Origin: Macrostomum lignano
Taxonomy: Eukaryota
Length of the DNA: 64,000 nt
NCBI GenBank assembly: GCA_002269645.1
Contig: NIVC01000571.1
Coordinates: forward strand, 310,001 to 374,000
Reading direction: 5' to 3'
Part shown: positions 11,163 to 22,832 of the stretch, piece after piece
Numbering within the stretch: position 1 is the first letter of the stretch
Layout: each line of letters starts with the position of its first letter
Translations under genes and position numbers: made by a program
Notes under the pieces: model-generated
Told to the model about the DNA's origin: nothing
What the model saw: only the letters and a program-made list of their open reading frames with translations
The model's database searches: none

Positions 11163-11927
11163 TCAGAGGCCCAGCAGGCGCGGAACGTCAGCCAGGGAGC
11201 TCACAATGTGCGTGGCGCCGGCCTCTCGAAGCAGCTCGGCGTTGCCGACCCCGCTGAGGACGCCGACGCAGGCGGCAAGTCCGGCGTTGCGGCCAAGTCG
11301 CATGTCGGTGCCGGTGTCTCCCACCATGACGGCGCGGGCGGGCGCGGTGCCGAGCCGGGAGCAGACGGAAAGCGCCGCGCTGGCGTGCGGCTTCGGCTGG
11401 ACGTCCGGGTCGTCACCGCAGGCCGCCGCACCCACGAGGGGCTGCAGGCCGCCGCGGTCGAGCGCCGCTTCCGTCTCGGCCCGGTCGTCCGAAGTGCAAA
11501 GGCCGATGAGGAGCCCCGCAGCGGTCAGTCGCTCGAACGTCTCTCTGGTGCCATCAATGAAGCGAAGGCGACCGCGGTCGAGCTCGCAGCCGAAGGTGAC
11601 GCGGCGCACGGTGGCCTCGGCGAGCTCGGCGCTGACACCGCTCTCAACGGCCAGCTGCACGAGCGCATCAGCAATGTCCTTCTTGGTGCCCTCTGCTAGC
11701 AGACCGGGGCCCGTGCGCCGGGTCTCGGGGTCCACACCGAGGCGCCGCAGGATGGGCAGTTGAAGGTCCTGACGGTCTAGAAGCCGGGTGATCTCGCTGG
11801 CCACCTCCTCGGCCCAGGGCGACCACATGGCATGGAAACAGACCACCGTGCCGTCCTTGTCAAACAGCACGCAGTTGATGTCGCTGAGAGGCTGCTCCAG
11901 CTCCAGCTGCGGGGACTCCACGGGCAT
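11163..11927 (-). CDS. HAD-superfamily hydrolase (phosphoglycolate-phosphatase-like), single exon
   Basis: Motif I FDKDGT, motif II TSD, motif III PKP, motif IV GDTGTD and a GVLSG tail. True ATG at 11927 (MPVES); the ORF track extends to a non-ATG codon at 11951. Confidence 0.88.
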   Translation of the reverse strand: MPVESPQLELEQPLSDINCVLFDKDGTVVCFHAMWSPWAEEVASEITRLLDRQDLQLPILRRLGVDPETRRTGPGLLAEGTKKDIADALVQLAVESGVSAELAEATVRRVTFGCELDRGRLRFIDGTRETFERLTAAGLLIGLCTSDDRAETEAALDRGGLQPLVGAAACGDDPDVQPKPHASAALSVCSRLGTAPARAVMVGDTGTDMRLGRNAGLAACVGVLSGVGNAELLREAGATHIVSSLADVPRLLGL

Positions 11928-12541
11928 TTTTCTGAGGCTTATCAGGCGCACACTTTGAGAGGCCGAGACGGGAAGCTCAGCGCAGGCTGGGCGCTTCGTT
12001 TAAAGTTGCGGAGCTCCGCTGTCCAGCTAGGATTCTTGGTCACGTGATCCGAATGGAAGCCGAGAAATCTGCAGCAAGTTGCTCAGGAGAACTTTTCCTT
12101 CCTCTCTGCACTCTGTCCCCTGAGTACACTGGTGCACTCTGAATCGGTCGGGCAGGCAGAGATGGAGAAAGCGCTGAGCTGCTCCTGTGCGGGAGGATCT
12201 GGATTGAACTGGCTGGGGAGGCTGTGATGAAGGATGAAGGCTGGGCTTTCAAGTGCTCTGCTTGCCTGCCTAAGAAGTGACAAGATGCACTTAGGAGTGG
12301 AAAAATGCTTTGAGTTCGTCAGCTTTCTCAAGTATTTCTCCCCCGCGCACAGTCTACTGCGGAAGAAGTGCTGCAAATGTATTTGAAAATCTCTGGAATC
12401 AACCTACTGATTTTTATATATTTAAATTTGTTTAAATTCACTAAATTTTACTATGGAAAACTATTTTTCATCGCGTTGATGCTCGAATTGTGACAGTAAC
12501 CAATGAAAATAATTTAATGATATGTGAAGCAGTTGTAGAGT

Positions 12542-14766
12542 CTAAGAGCCGTCCGAAGTGCCGGCCTGGCCATTCTTAGGCGAAGAAGGCCGGCGCCACC
12601 TGAGGCCGCCGCCTCCGTCGGCGTCGGACCGGAAGCCGGCCGCAATGGCCTCGATGGGGCGGCCCTTGGTCTCGGGCAGGCAGCAGAACAGGAACAGCAG
12701 GAAGGCGGCCGTCAGGACGGAGAACGGCAGGAACAGCAGGCTACCCAGGTGCTTCACGAGCACCGGGAACACCAGGCCGACCGCGAAGTTGGCCAGCCAG
12801 TTCACCAGCACTCCGATGGCGTTGGCCGCCGACCGCGCCTCCTGCTGGAACATCTCCGAGATCATCAGCCAGGGAATGGAGCCCGGGCCCAGAGCGAAGA
12901 ACACCACAATGAGCAGGGCAAAGCAGATGCTGGCGTAGGTGAGAGCGCCGGCCGGCGTGGCGGCTGCGCTGCGGCTGTGCAGGCTGAAGCAGATGGTGAA
13001 GCCCACGGAGCTGACGAGCACGCCGAGCAGGCCGGTCAGGTGCAGGCAGCGTCGGCCCACCCGGTCCATCAGCGGCACCGTCACGCCGGTCATCGCCACC
13101 ATCACGCAGCCGACAGCCACCGTGGCAAACTTGGACGCCTGCGGACTGGCACCGGCCGCCTCGAACAGGTCGCTGGAGTAATAGAAGATCACGTTGATGC
13201 CGGACAGCTGCTGGGACAGGTGCAGCACCAGGCCGATGAGCAGCGGCCGGCGGAGCTCCGGCTGGGAGCAGAGCTTTGCCGCCGTTGCTGACGATGAGGC
13301 CGACGACCCAGTGGACCGCTCGGCGTCGATCTCGGCCAGCTCCGCGTCCACGAAATCGTGACCCCGTAGAGTGGCCAGCGCGGACCGGGCTGCTGCCTCG
13401 GAGCGCCGGGTGAGCAGGAGGTGGCGCGGGCTCTCCGGGCAGCAGGGCAGCAACGCCAGCTGCAGGAGGCAGGGCGCGGCTGACAGGGCGAACAGCAGCG
13501 GCCAGAGGCCCGGCCGCCCCAGCAGCGAGTCGGTGCTGGCTACCTGGGACAGCAGAAGTCCGGACACCACGCCGAGCTGGTTGAGCACGCCGAAGCCGCC
13601 GCGGAGTCGCCTGGGCGCGGTCTCGCTGATGTAGAGCGGCACAACGCTGGTGTACACGGCGCTGCAGAACCCGGTGGCGAGGCGACCCAGCACCAGCAGC
13701 TCTGGACTGGAGGCGACGCTCGACAGGCTGCAGGCGATGGCGGCCGCGATGCCGAAGCCGCTGTTTCCGAGCAGTGCGCGGGAGCGGCCGAGCCTGCAGG
13801 AGAATGGGGAAGCCAGGTGGTGCGCTGTAGCTGTGCAGCACGGACTTTTGTAACTAAAGGCAGGCAGTCACTGCCATCCAAAAAGCGAAAAGTGCTTCCT
13901 TAGGCCCAGTAGGACTTTGCACAGCGGGTTCAAATTCTACTACTTATCAGTAAAATACACTGCCCACTTGTCTCTATGCAGATGTGCCAGTAGTGCGCTA
14001 TAGTAGTACGCGAGACCAGGATTGTTTGTATTATTTTGTGCGCTGCATGAGCTCAGGAATGTTCTGCCGAGCCCGAGGAGATAAGTATTCTCATAATTAA
14101 TACAATGTGCAGCCGGCTACTGCAGCGAGTGCGAACCAGATTGCGCCAGTGCAGGTCAGCACGTTGTTGGAAGCACGTGTTTCAAGTGAGTCACTGCTCT
14201 GACAAGCCTTATGAACATTTCCGACAATTTTGTGTGCGTAAGACAGTCAACAAGTTCTTGTTCCCCTGCCTGTCGATACCAAATACATGTAGGCTTTCGG
14301 TACTCAGGAAAGATTCAAAGCGATCATGCAGATCAACAAAATAATTACACATTAGAGACTCCCAGCGGAGACTCACTCAACCTCAAATCAGAACACAGAA
14401 CTCGACCTGCCCACACCTGTCAGCGAGGCAGCCGCCAGTCAGGGCGCCGCCCATGCCTCCAATGGCGAAGATGGAGACCACGAGAGACCACAGCAGCTCC
14501 AGCTGGTAGTCGCTCAGCTGCCGGTCGAACCGGTCCGCCACAGACTGGTTGAGAAAGCTGACGATGCCGTCCTTGGGGTTGTTGATGACGCCGGTGTTCC
14601 AGCCGAAGTGGACGGCGCCCCAGAAGGCGGCCAGCACGGAGAGCGCCAGGCGCCAAGTGACTCGGTCGCGACTGTCCTGAACTGCGCTGACAGCCGCTTC
14701 GGGGGCGGCTTTGGGGGCCGCCTGAGAGGCGGAGAGCAGCTTCTGTTCGGAACGCTCGCTCTCCAT
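12542..14766 (-). CDS. SLC2A: Facilitated glucose transporter, GLUT/SLC2A class I-like (~533 aa, 2 exons)
   Basis: Exons 14766-14417 and 13793-12542 (AG|GTGTGG...CTGCAG|G, phase 2, giving LADRLGRSR). Motifs FGWNTGVIN, PESPR, QQLSGINVIFYYS, GPGSIPW and PETKG. Confidence 0.93.
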
Positions 14767-17141
14767 CGGAAACTATGCCGGCTCTCTGACTAGTGCAGTA
14801 CCTGCTGTAGTGAGTCTGGTTGCTCTCTGTGTTATCTTCTCTCTCCTCTTGCCCAGCTCTGTCTCGTTTGTCACCCAGCCCACTTTTATTGGCACGACTG
14901 ACGCGTCTCGCCAGTGCGCCGGCGGCCACCCCTCCGCCAACACAAGAGCCACTCCGGAGCAGGCAGCGAGAAGAAGATGACCCACATTTAGCTCTGCAGG
15001 CCCTCTGGAGCCTCCTACCCAGCCGTTTCCCTCCTCGCCTTCCCTCCGCTGCTCTCAGACAGCAGCTCTCTTCCGGTTGAACGGCCGGAATGGTTTGCTT
15101 GCATCGAGCAGGCAGATGGATCAGCGTCAAACTACAGTTTCCTGTACCGCCTTGAGCTTAGGGATTAATGCCTGCCTTCCTGTCTGAACCGGTTCAAAGT
15201 CACTTCTCTGCAAGCCTCTGTGAGCAATGCCATGTGAAAGACCTACGTGAGAAATACGGTTGCCGAGAAAGTAGAGTAAATTTGCTTTTCAATCCCATAG
15301 AAATGCAAACAGACTGCAAGCAGAAGAGAAAGAGAAGCATCTTATCAAGTCCTTCAATTTCTGTTTACAGACAACTCGGCAAGCTGCTGGGTCGGCCAGC
15401 TGCAGAGCCCCAGGGGGTCGAGCCAGAATCTTCTTTGTGAACGAATTATGCCCCCCTCACTAACCCGACACGACCTCCTCCAGGAGCCGCTTATTAACCC
15501 GAATTTCGAAGCCTGGGGGACACTCGTAAAAATTGTTTCAATTAAAACAAAACACGAACTCTCTTCGCACGATCCAGAGAGGAAAATGTTTCATTTGAGT
15601 ATTTACGGTAACCAGAAAGGCTGCTTGAGTTCAACTCTTCTGTAACAGTAATATACAGCATAATTAAATAATAATAACGAAAACAGCAAGGCTTATTTAT
15701 GTATCCGTTTAATGCGTGTGCTGCTTAAAGTTCGTCAAAACAAACGATCGAAAGCCTATCCATAGAATTCTAGATAACGCCGCCTGTTAGTTATCTGTTA
15801 TTTATCTAGAATATGGCCTATCATAGGCTGACAAGTGACAAAGGTTAAAGCCATTCTCCGATTGATCCTCTAAAGCTGGGATTTTCATCCTCTGTCACTT
15901 CATTCGGGTCCATGAGAATTGCCCGCCGAGGTTTTCCCCGCAATGCTTTTTTCTGCAGCGCATTTAGCAATGTTTAGTAAGTTTTAATAAAGAGATTAAC
16001 GTTTCGATGGTAACTGCATATCAAATACTTATTTTTCTTGTTTTCATTTCTATATGCATACAGGGCTACATCTGTGAGCTATCAATTCATGCATATGCCA
16101 TGTCGATTTGTCTCCTAAATCTCTTTATTAAGACTTACTACGAGCTAAGTATGGGAGGGGCAATTAAGACAAAAGCTGCCGCATTGCTGGCAAATCTCGT
16201 GCCCCCATTTAAACGTCTTTAACGTTTCAGTAAATTAAAGCAGGCTTTAAGCGAATGGAATAAGATCGAGGCATAAGAACGAGTATAACTCATAACTAAC
16301 GCCAATTTAATGCTACTACTGATGTATTGCACTCATATTCCAGCTGATACATAGTTAGTTCGGAGACCCTTAAACGTTATGAATCAATAAGTCATGCTGG
16401 TGCTCAGTCTTACCCTTGGTTCCCACCAGCCAGCGGAAGCGATAATAGATGTTAAACTATCGCGTTATTAATAATACGAGCCAATTCCCCCACACACAAA
16501 CCCTACAAAAGTCTTCAGCATCAGATGACGCGCCGTTCCCAGACTCGCAATTCCGGCTGATTCCCACGGAACCCCTCGCTGGTGCGTCAGCTGAAGTAAC
16601 ATGGTATTAAATATATAGCTGAATCCCCGCCCCACATTAAACACATAAAGACACTTTAAAGTGGAAGCAGACTTTTAGGGCGGCCTGCATTCGCCCTTTA
16701 CAATGCCGTCATCAAGCTTTTGTAAGAGTGCAGCTATCCACAACTGCCACTCTCCACCATGCTCTGATAACACTGCACTTTTCCGAATTCCCTAATCTAT
16801 TCTTAATAGTCTCTTTAGTACAACTCACTCAGGTTCATCTGCCCTTCATGTCTGTGTTAACTCTGTCGAGCCTAATCTTCAGTACAACTCACTGAGCCAC
16901 CTACCTGTCTTCCGCTCGGCTGCCTTCTGATTAATTTATCACCTCGTCCCTCTTGGGTTATCGCCTCTTCTCTAGTTAAGATGAAAACATCGAGAATAAA
17001 CATGAAATACGAGAGCATGCCAGATGCAAAAGAAGTCAAATGCATTCTGCGGCCTCGTATTAAAAGCCTTGCTCTCTTTTTCACCTAAAAGTGTCTTTTT
17101 CACCTTGCATTTCACCTCAACGACTCTTCTCATGCCCGCAG

Positions 17142-17429
17142 CTGGAGGCCAGCGCGCTGGACTGCAAGCTGGCCAGGCAGCTGCATCAGCTGGCCAGCGG
17201 ACTGGCGCAGCTTCGTCGGACAGCCACCAGTCTCTCCAGCCAGCAGCGGCAGCTGCTGCTCAGCGACTTCGACGCGGATGAAGACGGCAGCAGCCTCGAA
17301 GGGGACGATGCTGGAAACAGCAGCAGCATCGACGATGATCGAGAGGCCAGCGAGCCGGAGTCGAGCAAGGAGAGCTCGCCGAAGATGGCAGCCAATGCCA
17401 GCAGCTCAAGCAGCTCTGGTGGCAGCTAA
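17142..17429 (+). CDS. Probable terminal exon of an unresolved gene (coiled-coil-like segment followed by an acidic/Ser tail)
   Basis: Pyrimidine tract plus CCGCAG|CTG acceptor like those of neighbouring genes, GC-rich codon usage and TAA at 17427-17429. Upstream exons were not resolved. Confidence 0.35.
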   Translation: MEASALDCKLARQLHQLASGLAQLRRTATSLSSQQRQLLLSDFDADEDGSSLEGDDAGNSSSIDDDREASEPESSKESSPKMAANASSSSSSGGS

Positions 17430-20407
17430 GATGAAACTCCTAAAAGGAACGAAAACCATATGCAGCAAGCCTCCAGTACAATATTCCGACGTCCACCAGG
17501 GTTTCCGACGTACCCCGCGACTCGTAGAGGTCTGTGGCAAATGGTGCACTTTTAACATCAAGCAGGTAACGCTGACATACAAAAAACTTTTTTACTTTTA
17601 CTGATGTCACAAACCATTTGTTTTCACCCCGTCTTGAGTACTTATTACCAACGCTGCTGAGCGTCGTCCTAATTTAATAGTACACATTTACCATCGATGC
17701 CGGATTCCTGTACGGACCGGTTGCTTTTGTGCACCTGGATGGCTCTTATTTGCATATCGTAAACCTGTATAATGTGCTAGTTAGTTTAATTTTAGCGTAA
17801 AAACAACCCATTTTTCTTGACTATGTGGTTGAATGGCTTCAGCTAGTAAAAGTCCAATTTGCGCTATCGTGTTTGTCAGCCGCTCCAGCCTATTGCGCCT
17901 GAACTGCCTTTCATTTGCATGATTACATGCACATTTGTGGAAATTTTGCGGGTCTCAAACTTGAGCAGTCGATAGACTCGATACGAGCTTAGTTGTGCCT
18001 GTTCTTCTGTCGGTGTTTTTACAGCATACGTGCAATTAATCACTTCTTTATACATGCCAGGAACAAAATGCGGCAAGAGGTTATCAGATCAGCATAAATT
18101 AGCATGCGTGAAATTGGCTGTGTCAAACAGGAAAGACACTGAAGTCTGCATTTACACCTTTGATTCCACAACAATTACCACATGCTAGTATAGACGTCGA
18201 CTTGTAGGTTGTAGGCAAGTCTACAACTCTAGATAGATACAGCAAATAACAAATGCATGGGTTTGGCCTTCTAAAACCTTTGATCTGAGGCTTTCCGGGG
18301 CTGAGCGCTCTGGCCTCCAAACTCCTGTCAGATGGATTGCTAGCTACATGTAAGAGAAGACAGCGAGAGACAATAAGCAGGGAGAATTAGAAACAGATTG
18401 AAACCAGCTAATCCAGAGATTAAGCTAATCCGTTGCCACCAACCCATGCGAACTGGCTCCCCAAACCTCACCAAAAAAGCCTTTATGTACTTGCATGCTT
18501 TTGGCTTGAAATGTTTCGACTCGTCCGGCAGATACGAGCGTAGCGCTGATGCAGAACTATCGGAGCCTTTAAGCGACTAACTCGATCTAATCCTACCGCT
18601 TCGCTAAAGTACATGCCTTCAATCCACTGCAACCTTCGCCTCAATATAGCCCGCCGCCCACCTCAGCTTTCCTCCTAAATTCACAATTTCTTCAAACTGA
18701 GTCGGGGAAAATACTCTGCAAAAGTAAAACTATCCAGCTACCTGAAAGAAAGATTGTCGGACAAAATGTGCACCCGATTGAAAGTCTCTCGCTAACCAAT
18801 CGGGGTGTCAAGCTGCCGCGGTGACCGGGAAGTCCACAGTGACCGAGACAACCAGACAGGGTGCTGCTCTTATGTGACGACTGACGTGCATGTACATGTA
18901 GATTCTGGGAGTCTAGAGCCTGGAGCTATGGGGGCGTTTCGACCCAAGCGCTTCGTCCGGTGGGTCCGGTGGGTACCGGAGCCGATTAGCAGGAGCGTAA
19001 CCCGAAGCGGAGACCAATATGCTATATTTATGGTTAAATAGAGGTTGCCGCTGTTGACTTTTAGTGCGTTTTTATTTAGTTGGAATGGTGAAAATAATGC
19101 CGTTAGTTGCGCTCTTTTGAATAGTCTCCCAGCGGCCGATTTGTTCTACCAAGCGTCGAATTTTTTCGGGGAAAGGGAAAGAGTCTTTTTGCGATTTGCT
19201 ATATTGCCCATCTGCCAGTTGCCATGCACGCAATTAAACACTAGGTGGATGGCTGCCATGCATATGATTAAAATACTAGGTGGACGCCGGACGGCTGCCA
19301 TATGTATGCAATTTAAACATTATGTGGATAGCTGCCATACACACAATTTAAATACTGAGTAGATGGCTGTTGTGCATGCAAGCTCTGCAAAAAATATTGT
19401 AACTTACTTAGTCATATAAGTAGTTATATAGTTAATAAGTTATATATAGATTTTGGCGCTATTTCAGAAGAATGCAAAAAAATCGCTATTTTTGGAGTTT
19501 TTAGATATAATGATAATTTTTCATATGATAAAGTTCTTTGAGAAATAAGCTTTTATTTGACACCAAAAAATGCATGCTAATTAGGTTAATAAATAATTAA
19601 TGAAGGACATTTTTTGTAATTTATGCAATTGGTTGGTGCCCAAAAATAAGTAGGGCCTAACTTAAAAAAAAAATTCGCGTAAAATAATTTTTTCTGCTTT
19701 ATAAAATCTTTAAGAATTTTTATTCACCCTGCATGCTAAAAAAATTTTCTCCCACGTGCCAAACATAAAGACAGTCAATTTAATTCTAGTAATTATACAT
19801 TTTTCATCATATTTTATTTGATCAATGTTTTCTAAGAAACCAATGCTACTTAAATTTACGTTTATACCTATTTTTTCAACCGTCTCTTTCCTTTGCATTG
19901 CCTAGAAATTAAGACAAAGAACTACTTTCACTAGATTTATTTTTTTGTATCAAAAACATTCTAGGCAATAAAATGTGCTTGTATGTAAAATTTTAGGCTT
20001 ATATTTCCAATATGGACAAAATAATGAATTTTTGCACTGTACTGAAATTAGACCTAGATTTCTAGGGGCTTATACAACTATATACAATAAAACATCTAGA
20101 ACAAGTAAGTGCCCCAAATTAGTATAGATTGAGAAAATAAGTATACAATGTTGTCTATGACATTTTTACGATTTGAACTTATATTTATAACTGTCAATAG
20201 TAAGTATGTTGTATTTCGGACTTTACATAATATATAAGTACACTGAAAATTCTGTTATATAGAGGGACCGGATTCAACCCACTTTGGCAAAGGAATTTTC
20301 GGCAAAAGTCAATAACGGCGAAAAAGACTTTTGCAGCAACCATTTTGTCTAAAATTGATCCACTTCGGCAAAGGGTTATTTTTATTATTCGCCAAAGGCG
20401 AGCGAGC

Positions 20408-20737
20408 GGGTCTCCCTAAAACACGCACCGCACCGCCCTGAACCACTACACATTATAACATTTTTTGTCAATGCAGTATTTGATTGCAAAGAAAACTATT
20501 TGTTGTACGAGTAATGGAATAAATATCTTTAATTATTATTATAAATATTGTTATTATTTTTTATATTCTTGTTTTTATTATTAAATTATATTGTTAATTT
20601 TTTATTAATGTAAAAAAAACTTAATAAAAACTTTGAAGTTTAACAGAAAACGCATTTTAAAGTTTCTTCAGTTATAGTCCAATTTGTTTTAATGTGTAGC
20701 ACTGCAGGGCGGTGCAGGGCGTGTTTTAGGGAGACCC
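20408..20737. mobile_element. 330-bp MITE nested in the TIR element
   Basis: ~45-bp TIRs GGGTCTCCCTAAAACACGC.../...GCGTGTTTTAGGGAGACCC, TSD GAGCGAGC at 20400-20407 and 20738-20745, AT-rich core. Confidence 0.8.
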
Positions 20738-21559
20738 GAGCGAGCAATTATGCGTTCTATGCGGAGTAATTGTAACAAATTAAAAAATTGGTGTTTGTAA
20801 ATAAAAAACAATTAAAATGAACAAATTGAGCAATTAAAATTGATTTACTAAAATTAAAAGTCATTTAGGCTATAAGACATTTAAAATCAAGTTAAATATA
20901 TCCATTGTCATTGTTCGTGTATCACAAAATTAGGGTGCATTTAGGCAACTACACTTCTCCAACAAGCTCTCAGTTGAGCGTAGACCCAAGCGGTGCTTTT
21001 GCCACGTGCCACAGATCTAAAAATACGCAGTTGCGCTTTCGCTGTTCTTTGCGCTGAAATTGTCGCAATTGTCCCTGTGCCATGAGCTGAGCATCAACAG
21101 CGACGAGTCGCCCTTCCTCATGCAATAGTCGTGATTGGGCGGCTCTGCTTGCGGCGGCTCCTGATTGGGCGGCTCTGCTTTTTTTTTTAGAGGCAGGGAG
21201 GTTGTGTGCACCCTGGCGCAATTTAAGCGTCATTGGCACACAACCGGCAAGAGGCATTACTGCCCATTCCGCTGACTCCCCTGAGCAGGCATACAAGCGT
21301 GCGGATACGTTACACAGGCACACACTCATACAGGAGTGTACAGCGGCCCTAACTTTTATCAATTGTTAGGCATGTACACTTCATTGCGCCTTGGGATAGT
21401 TGGCTCTCAAGGCCGTTAATTGCACAAGCGAGCCAAGCCAAGATTCCAATCCAGCCCCAAATTAATGTGGCTGCACTTGGAATCGAGCCTGGGTTGCGGC
21501 ACACCAGAGCAGCTGTGCTACTGCTGGGCTACGGCCCCCCGGCGGCTCTGCTTGCGGCG

Positions 21560-21814
21560 GCTCCTGATTGGGCGGCTCTCGATTGGCACATGGCTGGCAC
21601 CACCAACTTATCTGTAGCTCGCCTAGGGTTTCATAATACATGTAATACATGTACAGAATACATATACAGAATAATACATGTATGTGAAAAGACAATGTAT
21701 GTATATATATGCACTTTATATCTGTACGCTCGTATCTTTCTGTATCTGGATATATTGTTGGTGCGAAATCCCTGTTCAACATTTTCGATGCTGCCATCCA
21801 CCACATCCGTCACA
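21560..21814 (-). pseudogene. Decayed PHD-finger coding remnant inside the TIR element
   Basis: Minus frame reads CDGCGGWQHRKC*TGISHQQYIQIQK. After a TAG acceptor at 21623 it continues ELQISWWCQPC. It has an in-frame TGA at 21778-21776 and no intact GT donor in the required phase. Confidence 0.55.
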
Positions 21815-22832
21815 ACTTTTTTTGAAGTTTGAAGTTTTTATGAAGTTTTTATGAGAACTAAGCAGAAATAGTCTAGTGCTATTGTGTTTGTTTAACAGTG
21901 CTCAATTTTTCTAGTGATTAAATTCATTTAATTCATGTGCTGGTTGGTATATATGAACCAGAGGCCATGGCTCCAACCCAACCCCCTCCCCCCCTATAAA
22001 TCCATCGATTGCACTTTGCATGATGTACGTACATCTAGCTATATATAGCTAAGTTGTGAGTTTTTAAATGTGCAAGCTGCAAATATCTTTATTGGCAGTC
22101 AATGAATAATTTAAAAGATACTTGTACATGTATAAGTATCTTTTCGCCAAAGTGGTTAATTTCTTTTGCCAAAATGTGCATCTATGTAGACGAAAAATTC
22201 ATCTTCGCCGAAACGTCTTTCGCCGAAAATTCCTTCGCCAAAATGGGCTGCACCCGAGGGACCTAGAGTATACCTCACACTCTGGATCATGTAGTAAATA
22301 CCCAAAAATTTTGGCTTGCATTGGCCTTGCACCCCAAAAGTAGGTATGCACAGTTGGCATGCATCACTTCTAAGAAAATAGTGTGCATGCACTTGGTGTG
22401 CACTTTGCAAAATCATGCAGAAGAGTTATTGTGAAGTAGAAAAAATATGAAAAAAAGTTCATTTTTAAGTGTCTTGGATTTTTAAGCTTATAATAAAGCA
22501 TTTAAACAAATCTTTACATGTATAGATTTTCTGCTATAAATAGTATTGTCAAAAAAGCAAAAAAAATCAATCAAATTATTTTCCAAATAGGGTCTACCAT
22601 GCAATCAAAAAATGGTCATTTATTCTCACAGTGTAAAAAGGGTCATTTATTGTTGTAACTCTGGCAAAGTAATTGCCAGTAAAGTAAAAGATTATCCATA
22701 AATTGTAGACTGTTTAAAAGTTGATATGACAAAGGCTACCAATTGATTCATCTATTGAAATTATGCATTGTTTGACTAGCATATGACAAGAATTTTTAGT
22801 AACAAAAAATAAAATTCATCTCATTTTTGCAG

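Larger units (their letters stand above)
20270..22255. mobile_element. ~2-kb non-autonomous TIR DNA transposon (MULE- or Merlin-like) with 8-bp TSD
   Basis: GAGGGACC at 20262-20269 and 22256-22263. Left end GGATTCAACCCACTTTGGCAAAGGAATTTTCGGCAAAAG matches the reverse complement of the right end (GGTGCAGCCCATTTTGGCGAAGGAATTTTCGGCGAAAG). Subterminal GGCGAA repeats. Confidence 0.75.

Noticed and set aside
12558-13881. Multiple long overlapping ORFs across the GLUT exon
   Set aside because: Shadow frames of very GC-rich coding sequence. The same applies around the BTB, SPCA, RABGGTB and ANK exons.
15168-15440. Possible exons of a divergent gene upstream of GLUT
   Set aside because: The only apparent intron would be 25 nt, and I could not build a consistent model.
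21760-21806. DFAPTIYP as a THAP-domain AVPTIF motif
   Set aside because: No upstream C2CH THAP core. Another frame gives a much better PHD-finger match.
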